42,338 nt of DNA, taken from a virus. Every line of letters starts with the position of its first letter. Within the stretch, counting starts at the first letter, position 1. Of this stretch, positions 26,158 through 32,905 are shown piece by piece. The translations under genes were made by a program, and so were the position numbers. The stretch covers positions 1 to 42,338 of IMG/VR virus record IMGVR_UViG_3300045988_018117. The stretch is one strand, 5' to 3'. A model generated the notes under the pieces. That model worked only from the letters and a program-made list of their open reading frames with translations, did not search any database and was not told the DNA's origin.

Positions 26158-26230
26158 TGGTGCAGACGGCTGGACTCGAACCAACGACATACCTCCTGGC
26201 GCGGTGCTCTACCGACTGAGCTACGTCTGC
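26158..26230 (-). tRNA. tRNA-like gene with canonical acceptor, D-arm and T-arm and encoded CCA, but a shortened non-canonical anticodon arm (possible pseudo-tRNA or atypical tRNA)
   Basis: - strand reads GCAGACG UA GCUC AGUCGGUA GAGC A CCGCGCCAGGAGGU AUGUC GUUGG UUCGAGU CCAGC CGUCUGC A CCA, 73 nt. Only ACC/GGU can pair in the anticodon region. Confidence 0.6.
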
Positions 26231-26244
26231 ATATTGCTCCATCC

Positions 26245-26266
26245 GGGCGGAGCCGAAGCCCCGCCC
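26245..26266 (-). other. Stable 9-bp hairpin with UUCG tetraloop in the 5' leader of the tRNA-like gene
   Basis: - strand reads GGGCGGGGC UUCG GCUCCGCCC. The G:U pair exists only in the - strand RNA (A/C mismatch on +), which supports - strand transcription. Confidence 0.6.
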
Positions 26267-26370
26267 ATCAGGAAAGAAGGGTGAAAAGAAAAAGAATGGA
26301 GATGCAGAGTTCGCCCCTGCACCCCCACGTTATCACATCTTTTTTTGTTGTTGCATTTCGTTGTGCAACA

Positions 26371-26595
26371 TCACCTAATTTCTGCGTTTACATACGGTGC
26401 ATACTCTTCTTTTATCGCACATTCTTTCAGCGGGCAGTACCGGCAGTTTTTAGCAAAGGGGCACTCGCGCCGTTCTGCTCTGGATATACAGCGAGATACA
26501 GTGGATGTGCTTACACCAAAATGCCGTGCAATCGTGCTCATGCGCCATCCGCACTCAAAGTATAGTCTCAAGTATTCGACCGTCTGCTCTTTCAC
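26371..26595 (-). CDS. Small HTH DNA-binding protein (sigma region-4 / Psq-like), last gene of the early operon
   Basis: GTG start in a GTGA overlap with the upstream stop (RBS GGAGGAGG). WRMSTIARHFGVSTSTVSRCISRAE is an HTH. Confidence 0.6.
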   Translation of the reverse strand: MKEQTVEYLRLYFECGWRMSTIARHFGVSTSTVSRCISRAERRECPFAKNCRYCPLKECAIKEEYAPYVNAEIR

Positions 26596-26786
26596 CCTAC
26601 CACCTCCTCCGGGAAGAATGTCTCCCGCACCCCGCCGCACTCCGCCACGATGTACCGCCCCTTCGGATGCACGTACACCACCGTGCCCTTGCGGATGGGG
26701 AACCGCTTTTCATCGTTGGCGCCGGAGCCGGGGTACTCGCTCGGCAGCGTCATAAACCGCGCCCGGATCGTGTCACCCTTCTGCAT
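26592..26786 (-). CDS. Hypothetical protein (64 aa)
   Basis: ORF in the operon, overlapping both neighbours. Confidence 0.6.
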   Translation of the reverse strand: MQKGDTIRARFMTLPSEYPGSGANDEKRFPIRKGTVVYVHPKGRYIVAECGGVRETFFPEEVVG

Positions 26787-27105
26787 CGCCGCCGTCCTTT
26801 TTCTCGCCGTAGGAGCAGAAGTCGTCCGGCTCTACACACACCGCATCGCCGGAATACCCGCGGGCATTTGTCTTTGGCTCCGTATGTAGGTAACACAAAC
26901 CGTTTTGGTAGTTGCGATAGTGCTTGCAGTCCTTGCAGCGCACCACCGGAGCAACATCAGCTGCAGGGATGGCATTTATGAGTTCCTTGATGTTCTTCAT
27001 GCCAAACCCATAGTCAACTCCGCCGAAGTCGTCTGTTTCGCATACATCCGCATCGGCATTGTCGAACTGTTTAAACACTGCCGATCTTTTAATATATTCC
27101 GCCAT
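26773..27105 (-). CDS. Hypothetical Cys-rich protein (110 aa)
   Basis: ATG at 27105 after RBS AAGGAGGAA. Contains a CKDCKHY...C...C motif. Confidence 0.65.
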   Translation of the reverse strand: MAEYIKRSAVFKQFDNADADVCETDDFGGVDYGFGMKNIKELINAIPAADVAPVVRCKDCKHYRNYQNGLCYLHTEPKTNARGYSGDAVCVEPDDFCSYGEKKDGGDAEG

Positions 27106-27271
27106 CACAATTCCTCCTTATCTCCTGTTCCATAATGCCCAACGGCGTGTGCTTCCGCATCCATGCGTACACCCACTCCCGGCTCTCCGCCGTGCCCATC
27201 GGCTTCTTCTTCGGCGGCAGTTCGCCGTTCTTCGCGGCGGTGGCCGTGGGGTTGTGCTTGTGCTCTCCCAT
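27089..27271 (-). CDS. Hypothetical small protein (60 aa)
   Basis: Start at MGEHKHN in a TGATG overlap with the upstream stop. Confidence 0.5.
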   Translation of the reverse strand: MGEHKHNPTATAAKNGELPPKKKPMGTAESREWVYAWMRKHTPLGIMEQEIRRNCDGGIY

Positions 27272-27747
27272 CACTCCGCCCCTCCGGCCATTCGTGCCCC
27301 ACATCCGGGGCAATAATCCGACAAAACGTATTCATCGTTGCAGCTATACACCGCCTCATAACCACACTTCGAGCAAGCGTAGCCGCCGATTGGATCGCGC
27401 CCTGCAAGCGCGGGGTCCCACCCGGTTATCTCGCTCTCGTATACCGGAAGCCACCCCGCCTGCGGCGTTTCCTCTCCATCCGACTTTCCGCCCCCAGCAA
27501 AGCCACGCACCGCGTCCAATACAGCCTTTTCGATGACCGCCTGTATGCTCACTTTGTTCTCGCACACCACAGGCATCTCATCCAAAGATTTGTTATAGTA
27601 CGTTGCCTTGCGTACCTTCCATTTGCCGTCCCAGAAGTCAACGGAATAGCCAGTGCTTTTCGCCGCTTCCATTTTTGCCGATCTTGCCGCGCCGGTTTTT
27701 ACGAAGTAGCTTTCCCGCGTCACCCACGGATTTTTGTATATCTTCAT
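27271..27747 (-). CDS. Hypothetical protein with C-terminal zinc ribbon
   Basis: 158 aa. The C-terminus has CSKCG...CPGCG. Confidence 0.65.
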   Translation of the reverse strand: MKIYKNPWVTRESYFVKTGAARSAKMEAAKSTGYSVDFWDGKWKVRKATYYNKSLDEMPVVCENKVSIQAVIEKAVLDAVRGFAGGGKSDGEETPQAGWLPVYESEITGWDPALAGRDPIGGYACSKCGYEAVYSCNDEYVLSDYCPGCGARMAGGAE

Positions 27748-28010
27748 GCCGAACCATCCATCTTTGCGCCACAGTGTGGGCAGTACTCCGTCTTGGCCGC
27801 GAACCCTATCTCACAGGCGGAGCAATACTGAATATCTCCCGCGACCTCACTATGGAACGGCACCCATCGTCCATGAACTCCTCCCGTTTCATGCTTCAGT
27901 TCGTCATACAGGTCACTAAACTTCTTGTTCCACCGCTTCAGCCAGACAAGGACCTGAATGCCTATCACGATCCACAGCCCGCTGGCAATGTTTTGCAACA
28001 AATTTTCCAT
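27744..28010 (-). CDS. Membrane protein with C-terminal zinc ribbon
   Basis: N-terminal TM helix (GLWIVIGIQVLVW). The C-terminus has CSAC...CPHCG. RBS GAGGAGG. Confidence 0.65.
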   Translation of the reverse strand: MENLLQNIASGLWIVIGIQVLVWLKRWNKKFSDLYDELKHETGGVHGRWVPFHSEVAGDIQYCSACEIGFAAKTEYCPHCGAKMDGSA

Positions 28011-28022
28011 CACTCCACCTCC

Positions 28023-28184
28023 TCATCCGCATATCTCTGATACCACAATGGCAATTATTGCCGCTACGTAAACCGCGACAAAAACTGCAAAGACAGTGCA
28101 GCTCCGCTTCTTATACATCGTGTGTATGGCGGTAATAAGCAGCGCAATACAGTACACGCCGAGCAAGGCATATAACCAGCCCAC
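28023..28184 (-). CDS. Possible small two-TM membrane peptide (53 aa, below the ORF-track cutoff)
   Basis: My own translation: (GTG)GWLYALLGVYCIALLITAIHTMYKKRSCTVFAVFVAVYVAAIIAIVVSEICG. It fills the only gap in the operon, and the GTG overlaps the upstream TAG. Confidence 0.4.
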   Translation of the reverse strand: MGWLYALLGVYCIALLITAIHTMYKKRSCTVFAVFVAVYVAAIIAIVVSEICG

Positions 28185-28540
28185 TACTGCACCACCTTCC
28201 CCCAGAACTTACGTCGGCATTCATAGCAGTTCGTTCCACGACAAGCAGCTATGAGTTTGTTAAACTCTTCACCTCTGCATAACTGTTTAGGGCAAATGAT
28301 AACATTACCCTTTTTGTCAAGTTGTGTATCTGGCCACTGTTCCAAAAACACACTCTGTCTTGTTTTACGAGGATGCTCAGCAGCCCATTCTTCGACGATG
28401 GTCACAATGTTGTCATCATCAACCATTCCCTCCAATGCACTACACTCGCATTCTTTTGCGGGGCATTGATAGCAGTCCCCGGCATGGTGGTAAAAGCCGC
28501 ACATTCTGTTCCGCTCCTCGATAAACTTCACAGCATCCAT
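28184..28540 (-). CDS. Hypothetical Cys-rich protein (118 aa)
   Basis: ORF with RBS ACGGAGGAA. Ten Cys residues. Confidence 0.65.
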   Translation of the reverse strand: MDAVKFIEERNRMCGFYHHAGDCYQCPAKECECSALEGMVDDDNIVTIVEEWAAEHPRKTRQSVFLEQWPDTQLDKKGNVIICPKQLCRGEEFNKLIAACRGTNCYECRRKFWGKVVQ

Positions 28541-28762
28541 TTACTCTTCCTCCGTGTTTGAGCACGTCACTTCGTTGTGTGTCACCCGCTGCATGGGGCA
28601 CGGCTTTTCCATCATCAGGCACAGTCCACATGGCAGGCGGTATCCGCAAATGTCTGCGGAGCTATATCCGCTGGTCTCCACCGTGTTCCCCTTCGGCGGT
28701 GCATAACCCTGCGTGGCCACATATCCCGTGCTTCCCACAGCAGTTTCAGTAAAACGGCTCAT
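28541..28762 (-). CDS. Hypothetical Cys-rich protein (73 aa)
   Basis: ATGA overlap with the upstream gene. Confidence 0.55.
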   Translation of the reverse strand: MSRFTETAVGSTGYVATQGYAPPKGNTVETSGYSSADICGYRLPCGLCLMMEKPCPMQRVTHNEVTCSNTEEE

Positions 28763-28959
28763 TCATCATCCCTCCATTCCTTCGCTTTTACGATGGAAAA
28801 AATCACCACAGCCAGCAGCCACAGCGCAAATCCGATCCACATGGGTGACAGCACCCACAGCCACGACCAGTTGATAACACCGCATAGCTTCAGTACAATA
28901 AATGCGATTTGCAGCAGCGTTCCACCAAGACCGCCCAGTGCGTTAGAATTGTTGTTCAT
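28759..28959 (-). CDS. Small membrane protein (66 aa, two TM helices)
   Basis: Start moved to MNNNSN (TGATG overlap, RBS GGAGGGA). Confidence 0.6.
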   Translation of the reverse strand: MNNNSNALGGLGGTLLQIAFIVLKLCGVINWSWLWVLSPMWIGFALWLLAVVIFSIVKAKEWRDDE

Positions 28960-29342
28960 CACATATCCCTCCATTTACACCCGTCACAGGCACCCTCGTG
29001 TGCTTGTTTGTACTTCCCGCAGTATTGGCATAGCTCGTTTTTCATGGTGTGCAATTCACTTTGCTCCTCCTCCACCGCTACGGTCTTGGCAAACTGCGCC
29101 AGTCCATCACTCATGTCCGCGATTTGCGCATCCCGCCGCAAAACGGTGTCCCGCAGGGCGGCGTTGGCCTGCAACAGTGCCTCGATGTGCCGCTGCTGGT
29201 TCTCGATCAGGTCAGCGGCGGCCGGAGCCAATACTTCACGACACGGTTCACGGCTTATCTCGTTCATTGGGCAATCTTCTTCGCAGTCTCGCCCCGGTTT
29301 TGCACAGCACCGCAGCGCGGTCACGATCTCATCTTTTGTCAT
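28959..29342 (-). CDS. Hypothetical Cys-rich protein (127 aa)
   Basis: RBS GAGGAGGAA. Cys clusters at both ends with a coiled-coil centre. Confidence 0.65.
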   Translation of the reverse strand: MTKDEIVTALRCCAKPGRDCEEDCPMNEISREPCREVLAPAAADLIENQQRHIEALLQANAALRDTVLRRDAQIADMSDGLAQFAKTVAVEEEQSELHTMKNELCQYCGKYKQAHEGACDGCKWRDM

Positions 29343-29354
29343 GTCGTTTCCTCC

Positions 29355-30836
29355 TCAAAAAATATCCCAGTCGCCTTTCTCACCTGACTTCTCATCGCCG
29401 AAATGCTTTTTTGTCACGGCAATAGGGAATTGCTCAATTTCAGAACTCCACCGGCAGCACTCTGCTCCGTGTATTCTCGCCCAGCAGACGTTAAAGCCCG
29501 AAATGCCGTCGAACAAACTCCCCAGCGTCGCGCCCTCCGGCAAATACCGCGCCATACGCCGCAGCATCCAGTCCCAGAAGGGCAGGGCGATGGAGTTGCC
29601 CAGCGCCTTGTACTTCGGGCTGTCCGCGTCCTTGTGTTTCTTGCCCTTCTCATCCGTCCAGTCGCCAATGTCCACCCATCCGTCCGGGTATCCCTGCAAG
29701 CGGGTACATTCCAACGGTGTCAATCTGCGCACGACCATGTTTGTGATGGCAAGGTCTGTGCTGTCCTTAAAGTCGCGTTGTTTGCAGCTGCTTGCAACAT
29801 TGGCATCACGATAATCTCCAAACCCGTTCATCTGATATGTAAGCGGCACTTGGTTTCCACCTGTTCTCATTCGCGCTTGCAATGCCGGTACCTTCTCTCC
29901 GCACTCGCGGATGACATCACAGGCGTGTGTCATGTCCAGTGCCACCACCGGAGCCACCACAGCTGGTTTATTCCCGCCGCACTCAGCGTTCAGTGTAGGG
30001 GACAGTTCCTCTTGATAGCCGATGCTCCTCGCCTGTTCACTGTTGCCCAGCTTAAACCCAGCGCACACTACTGGCTGGTTGTTCCCGCTCATATCCGCCG
30101 CAGCGGTCAGCGTAGGTGCTCTGTCGTCTGTGCGGATCTCTGCACCGCCCTGCTGCGTCGCCATGCAGATCACTCCGCATGATGCTTGCCCCCTGCCGCT
30201 GCCAGCCGAAATGCACATTGCCTTTTCTTTGCTTGTAATCGGGTCTTGCGTCAAGTGGACCGAGATTGTGCAATCAGCACCCGCTCCAAAATCTCCGGCA
30301 GTTTCTTCCCCCGCCGCGCCGCTCTTCTCAAGATGCCCTGACACGCTTTCGCGGTCAAATTGTATTTCGGATGCGGTGTCTCCTCCAAAATCTGCGACAA
30401 CCGAGATACGACGACGGCGTTGGGGCACTCCCCAGTGTTGCGCGTCGTGAGTTCGCCACACCACGCTCCATCGTCCTCCCATTTCATCGTGGTACCCTCC
30501 CCAGGTAGGCCAGCCCTTTTCAGGCACTTCAATACCGGGGGCTTCCGGCTCGACGATTTTGATGATCTCTTCGAGCACGGCTGCGAAGTCTTTTCCTTTG
30601 TTGCTGCTAAAGGCTCCGACCACGTTTTCCCACACGAGATACCGAGGTCTAACCATGTCACCTGTCCGTCCATTCCTTTTGTCCGCCTCCCTCATTTCTT
30701 TTACGATGCGTACCTGCTCCATAAACAGGCCGCTTCGCGCTCCCGCCAAACCGGCGCGTTTCCCGGCGATGGATAGATCCTGTCTAACAAGGTGAACCAC
30801 CTGTAATACACCAAACGGGTTCAATCTCTGCCCCAT
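29355..30836 (-). CDS. DNA (cytosine-5) methyltransferase homologue, circularly permuted (motifs V-X then I-II) and lacking the catalytic Cys in this frame
   Basis: Motifs in ORF order: QDLSIAGKRAGLAGARSGLF (aa 19-38), ENV (69-71), QRRRR (139-143), RLQGYPDGW (379-387), GNS (413-415), then LFDGISGF (441-448) and SEIE (465-468). Confidence 0.8.
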   Translation of the reverse strand: MGQRLNPFGVLQVVHLVRQDLSIAGKRAGLAGARSGLFMEQVRIVKEMREADKRNGRTGDMVRPRYLVWENVVGAFSSNKGKDFAAVLEEIIKIVEPEAPGIEVPEKGWPTWGGYHDEMGGRWSVVWRTHDAQHWGVPQRRRRISVVADFGGDTASEIQFDRESVSGHLEKSGAAGEETAGDFGAGADCTISVHLTQDPITSKEKAMCISAGSGRGQASCGVICMATQQGGAEIRTDDRAPTLTAAADMSGNNQPVVCAGFKLGNSEQARSIGYQEELSPTLNAECGGNKPAVVAPVVALDMTHACDVIRECGEKVPALQARMRTGGNQVPLTYQMNGFGDYRDANVASSCKQRDFKDSTDLAITNMVVRRLTPLECTRLQGYPDGWVDIGDWTDEKGKKHKDADSPKYKALGNSIALPFWDWMLRRMARYLPEGATLGSLFDGISGFNVCWARIHGAECCRWSSEIEQFPIAVTKKHFGDEKSGEKGDWDIF

Positions 30837-30867
30837 TTATTTTCGTAATATCGCCTAAATGTTTCAC
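30784..30867 (-). pseudogene. 27-codon fragment encoding the missing pre-motif-IV segment and catalytic Pro-Cys (…GDITKINGAEIEPVWCITGGSPC), ending in TAG, in a different frame from the main MTase ORF
   Basis: My own translation: GTG AAA CAT TTA GGC GAT ATT ACG AAA ... GGT GGT TCA CCT TGT TAG, with RBS GGAGGTGA upstream. The main ORF continues as AGA CAG GAT CTA TCC (RQDLS) one nt further on. Confidence 0.7.
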
Positions 30868-30879
30868 CTAAATCACCTC

Positions 30880-31155
30880 CTAATCTCCAAACACCACGCC
30901 GCACTCGTCCTTCAGCACGTCCTTGATGTGCTTCCGCTTGATGCGGCCTTCGTTGATCTCCTCCGCCAGTTTTTCCAGGCACTCGTACAGATACGCGATG
31001 CTGTGGGTGTCCCGGCTGTCCGTCGTCTCCTCTTGGACGTGCCAGCCGCATTTGTCCATCAGCACCATCGCCACCATGTCCATGTTCTCCCGTGTGCCTT
31101 GCAGCTTGCCACGCATAAAGATGCGGTCGTCCCTGCTCAAATGCTGTTTGCCCAT
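30880..31155 (-). CDS. Hypothetical protein (91 aa)
   Basis: ORF between the two methyltransferase genes, with RBS GGGGGAA. Confidence 0.65.
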   Translation of the reverse strand: MGKQHLSRDDRIFMRGKLQGTRENMDMVAMVLMDKCGWHVQEETTDSRDTHSIAYLYECLEKLAEEINEGRIKRKHIKDVLKDECGVVFGD

Positions 31156-31158
31156 ACT

Positions 31159-31950
31159 TCAATTCCCCCACAGTGATACTTGGTTTTCGTCCGGCAGTAC
31201 AAGCATTTGCTCCTGCGCCTTCTGGCAAAAGTCCCGGCTAATCTCAAAGCCGTAGCCACGCCGTCCCGTTTCCATACAAGCACGCAGCGTAGACCCGCTT
31301 CCGGCGCATGGGTCAATGACCACATCTCCGGGGTCTGTGAATATGCCAATTAGCCGTTTCAGCAGCACAACAGGCTTTTGCGTGGGATGAATCTTTGGAA
31401 TGTCTTTCCCGTCGCGCCCCCACTCCTGCCAGTTGAAAACCATTCTTTTTTCTCCGTACATATCCGTGTTGCGGAACTTTGGCAGTTTGTCTCGGTACAA
31501 CACCACGGCAAACTCTGTCGCGCCGACAATACGCATATTCGCCTTTAGAACCTGCGCGGAATAATTTTTGATGAAAAACAGAGGATAGGACTTCATAAAA
31601 CCGTACCGCTTGCCATAGTCGATGACCGTCTGCATCTGCTCAAACGCGCAAAAGACAATCATAGCCGGTGCCTCGCCTGTTGCTTTCGGTTCTTTTTTCA
31701 AAAGGCGGGAGCAAAAGTGCATATACTCCGCGATTTTGAAATTCCCGTCTGAGTTGAAAAAAGACTTCTTGGCAAGGCGGCTTTCCCCGTTGGCGTTATC
31801 TCCGTCTTTGTACCACATAGGATTGCTGGCGTAAGCATTTGATCCGATATTGTACGGTATGTCCGCAATGACAAGCTGTGCCTTGGGAATGTTGTACTTC
31901 TTGAAGTTTTGGAAATTATCGTTGAATAACTGAACTTGCTGTTTACCCAT
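31159..31950 (-). CDS. DNA methyltransferase, N6-adenine/N4-cytosine type (beta class, N6_N4_Mtase family)
   Basis: Motif IV DIPY (VIADIPYNIG) precedes motif I VIDPCAGSGST. 263 aa. Confidence 0.85.
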   Translation of the reverse strand: MGKQQVQLFNDNFQNFKKYNIPKAQLVIADIPYNIGSNAYASNPMWYKDGDNANGESRLAKKSFFNSDGNFKIAEYMHFCSRLLKKEPKATGEAPAMIVFCAFEQMQTVIDYGKRYGFMKSYPLFFIKNYSAQVLKANMRIVGATEFAVVLYRDKLPKFRNTDMYGEKRMVFNWQEWGRDGKDIPKIHPTQKPVVLLKRLIGIFTDPGDVVIDPCAGSGSTLRACMETGRRGYGFEISRDFCQKAQEQMLVLPDENQVSLWGN

Positions 31951-32143
31951 TCCCGTCGTCCTCCGAAATGTGCACCACCTCGTACTTGCTGTGCTGACGC
32001 TTGCCGTACATGGCTCTGCGGATGCCGCGCTCCACGGCCTCGTAGGTCATGTGCGCATGTTTGGCCAGCTCTGCGATGCTGTCACCCCAGTACAGCGGCA
32101 GGCGGAACTTGTCGTTGGTGACGATCATATAGACGTTCATCAT
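31943..32143 (-). CDS. Hypothetical protein (66 aa)
   Basis: ORF overlapping both neighbours. Confidence 0.6.
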   Translation of the reverse strand: MMNVYMIVTNDKFRLPLYWGDSIAELAKHAHMTYEAVERGIRRAMYGKRQHSKYEVVHISEDDGNG

Positions 32144-32679
32144 TCGTCCTTTAAGCGTATGGGCAAGACCATCTTGATATCGTCCTTGTTCGTCCGGATC
32201 ACACAGGGGCTGGTGGGGCCGGTAAACTCAAGGATGATCGGATTCTTGTACGTCCCTCCGGCGGAAACCTTTGCCGCCTGCAAAGCGGACAGGAGATAGT
32301 TGCCGTTGAATCCGATGCGGAACGTGGATTCCTTGGGTACCGCCTTGTCGTAGTCGATGAAATCGCCGAGGGGTTGTGCATAGCCGAAAGTGAAATCCCG
32401 GCACCGGAAGGTGACATCCCTGTCGTTCTTTTCGACGCTGATATACACGCCCTTGGGCAGTTTCATATTCGGCTTCACATAGATGACGGCATCGGCGTCG
32501 CACTCACAGACGGCGTGTTCGACGCCGAGACAGTAGCCGTTGCAGGCGACAGCCTTTACGATACTGCGTGCGGCGTCAAATTCCAGCCGGACAAATTCGT
32601 GTGGGCCTCTGCCACCGACAAAAGCCTTTACGGCGGCAATCAGGCGGTTAAAGTCATTGCTGAATATCCTCGCGGTCAT
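32140..32679 (-). CDS. Short DnaN (beta sliding clamp)-like protein
   Basis: About 179 aa. The C-terminus IKMVLPIRL resembles the conserved beta-clamp end (…MPMRL). The size is about half of a bacterial DnaN. The start could instead be at 32694. Confidence 0.5.
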   Translation of the reverse strand: MTARIFSNDFNRLIAAVKAFVGGRGPHEFVRLEFDAARSIVKAVACNGYCLGVEHAVCECDADAVIYVKPNMKLPKGVYISVEKNDRDVTFRCRDFTFGYAQPLGDFIDYDKAVPKESTFRIGFNGNYLLSALQAAKVSAGGTYKNPIILEFTGPTSPCVIRTNKDDIKMVLPIRLKDE

Positions 32680-32905
32680 GATTTTCTCCTCCATTTTCTT
32701 CTAAAATTCTGCTGATGGGCATATTCAGTGCGGCGGACAGGCGCAGGAGGGTATCAAGGCGCGGGGCGGTGCGCCCGCGCTCGATGGTGTGGATGGTGCT
32801 GATGCCGGTGTCGGCGCGCTGGGAAAGCTGTGCCAGCGTAAGGCCCAGCTCCTTCCGGCGGCGGCGCAGGCGCTGGCCCAGCGCATGGGTATCCAGCTCC
32901 TTCAT
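32654..32905 (-). CDS. XRE-family HTH protein
   Basis: Start at MKELDTHALGQRLRRRRKELGLTLAQLSQRADTGISTIHTIERG (RBS GGAGGTGA). Confidence 0.75.
   Translation of the reverse strand: MKELDTHALGQRLRRRRKELGLTLAQLSQRADTGISTIHTIERGRTAPRLDTLLRLSAALNMPISRILEENGGENHDREDIQQ

Noticed and set aside
26347-26372. Hairpin GTTGCA…TGCAAC with an adjacent T/A run, considered as a terminator of the early operon
   Set aside because: On the - strand the hairpin is followed by an A-run, not U. On the + strand the T-run precedes the hairpin. Neither orientation fits an intrinsic terminator.
25780-26565. 261-aa + strand ORF spanning the non-coding island
   Set aside because: It runs antisense through the tRNA-like gene and the end of a - strand gene. 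Its composition is Pro/Arg/Ser-rich and it has no RBS.
30784-30786. TAG-to-Gln stop-codon recoding (as in some gut phages) as a rescue for the methyltransferase
   Set aside because: Reading through TAG in that frame gives TGSIHRRETRRF…, which is not the conserved DLSIAGKR. Every other gene in the window terminates normally, some with TAG.
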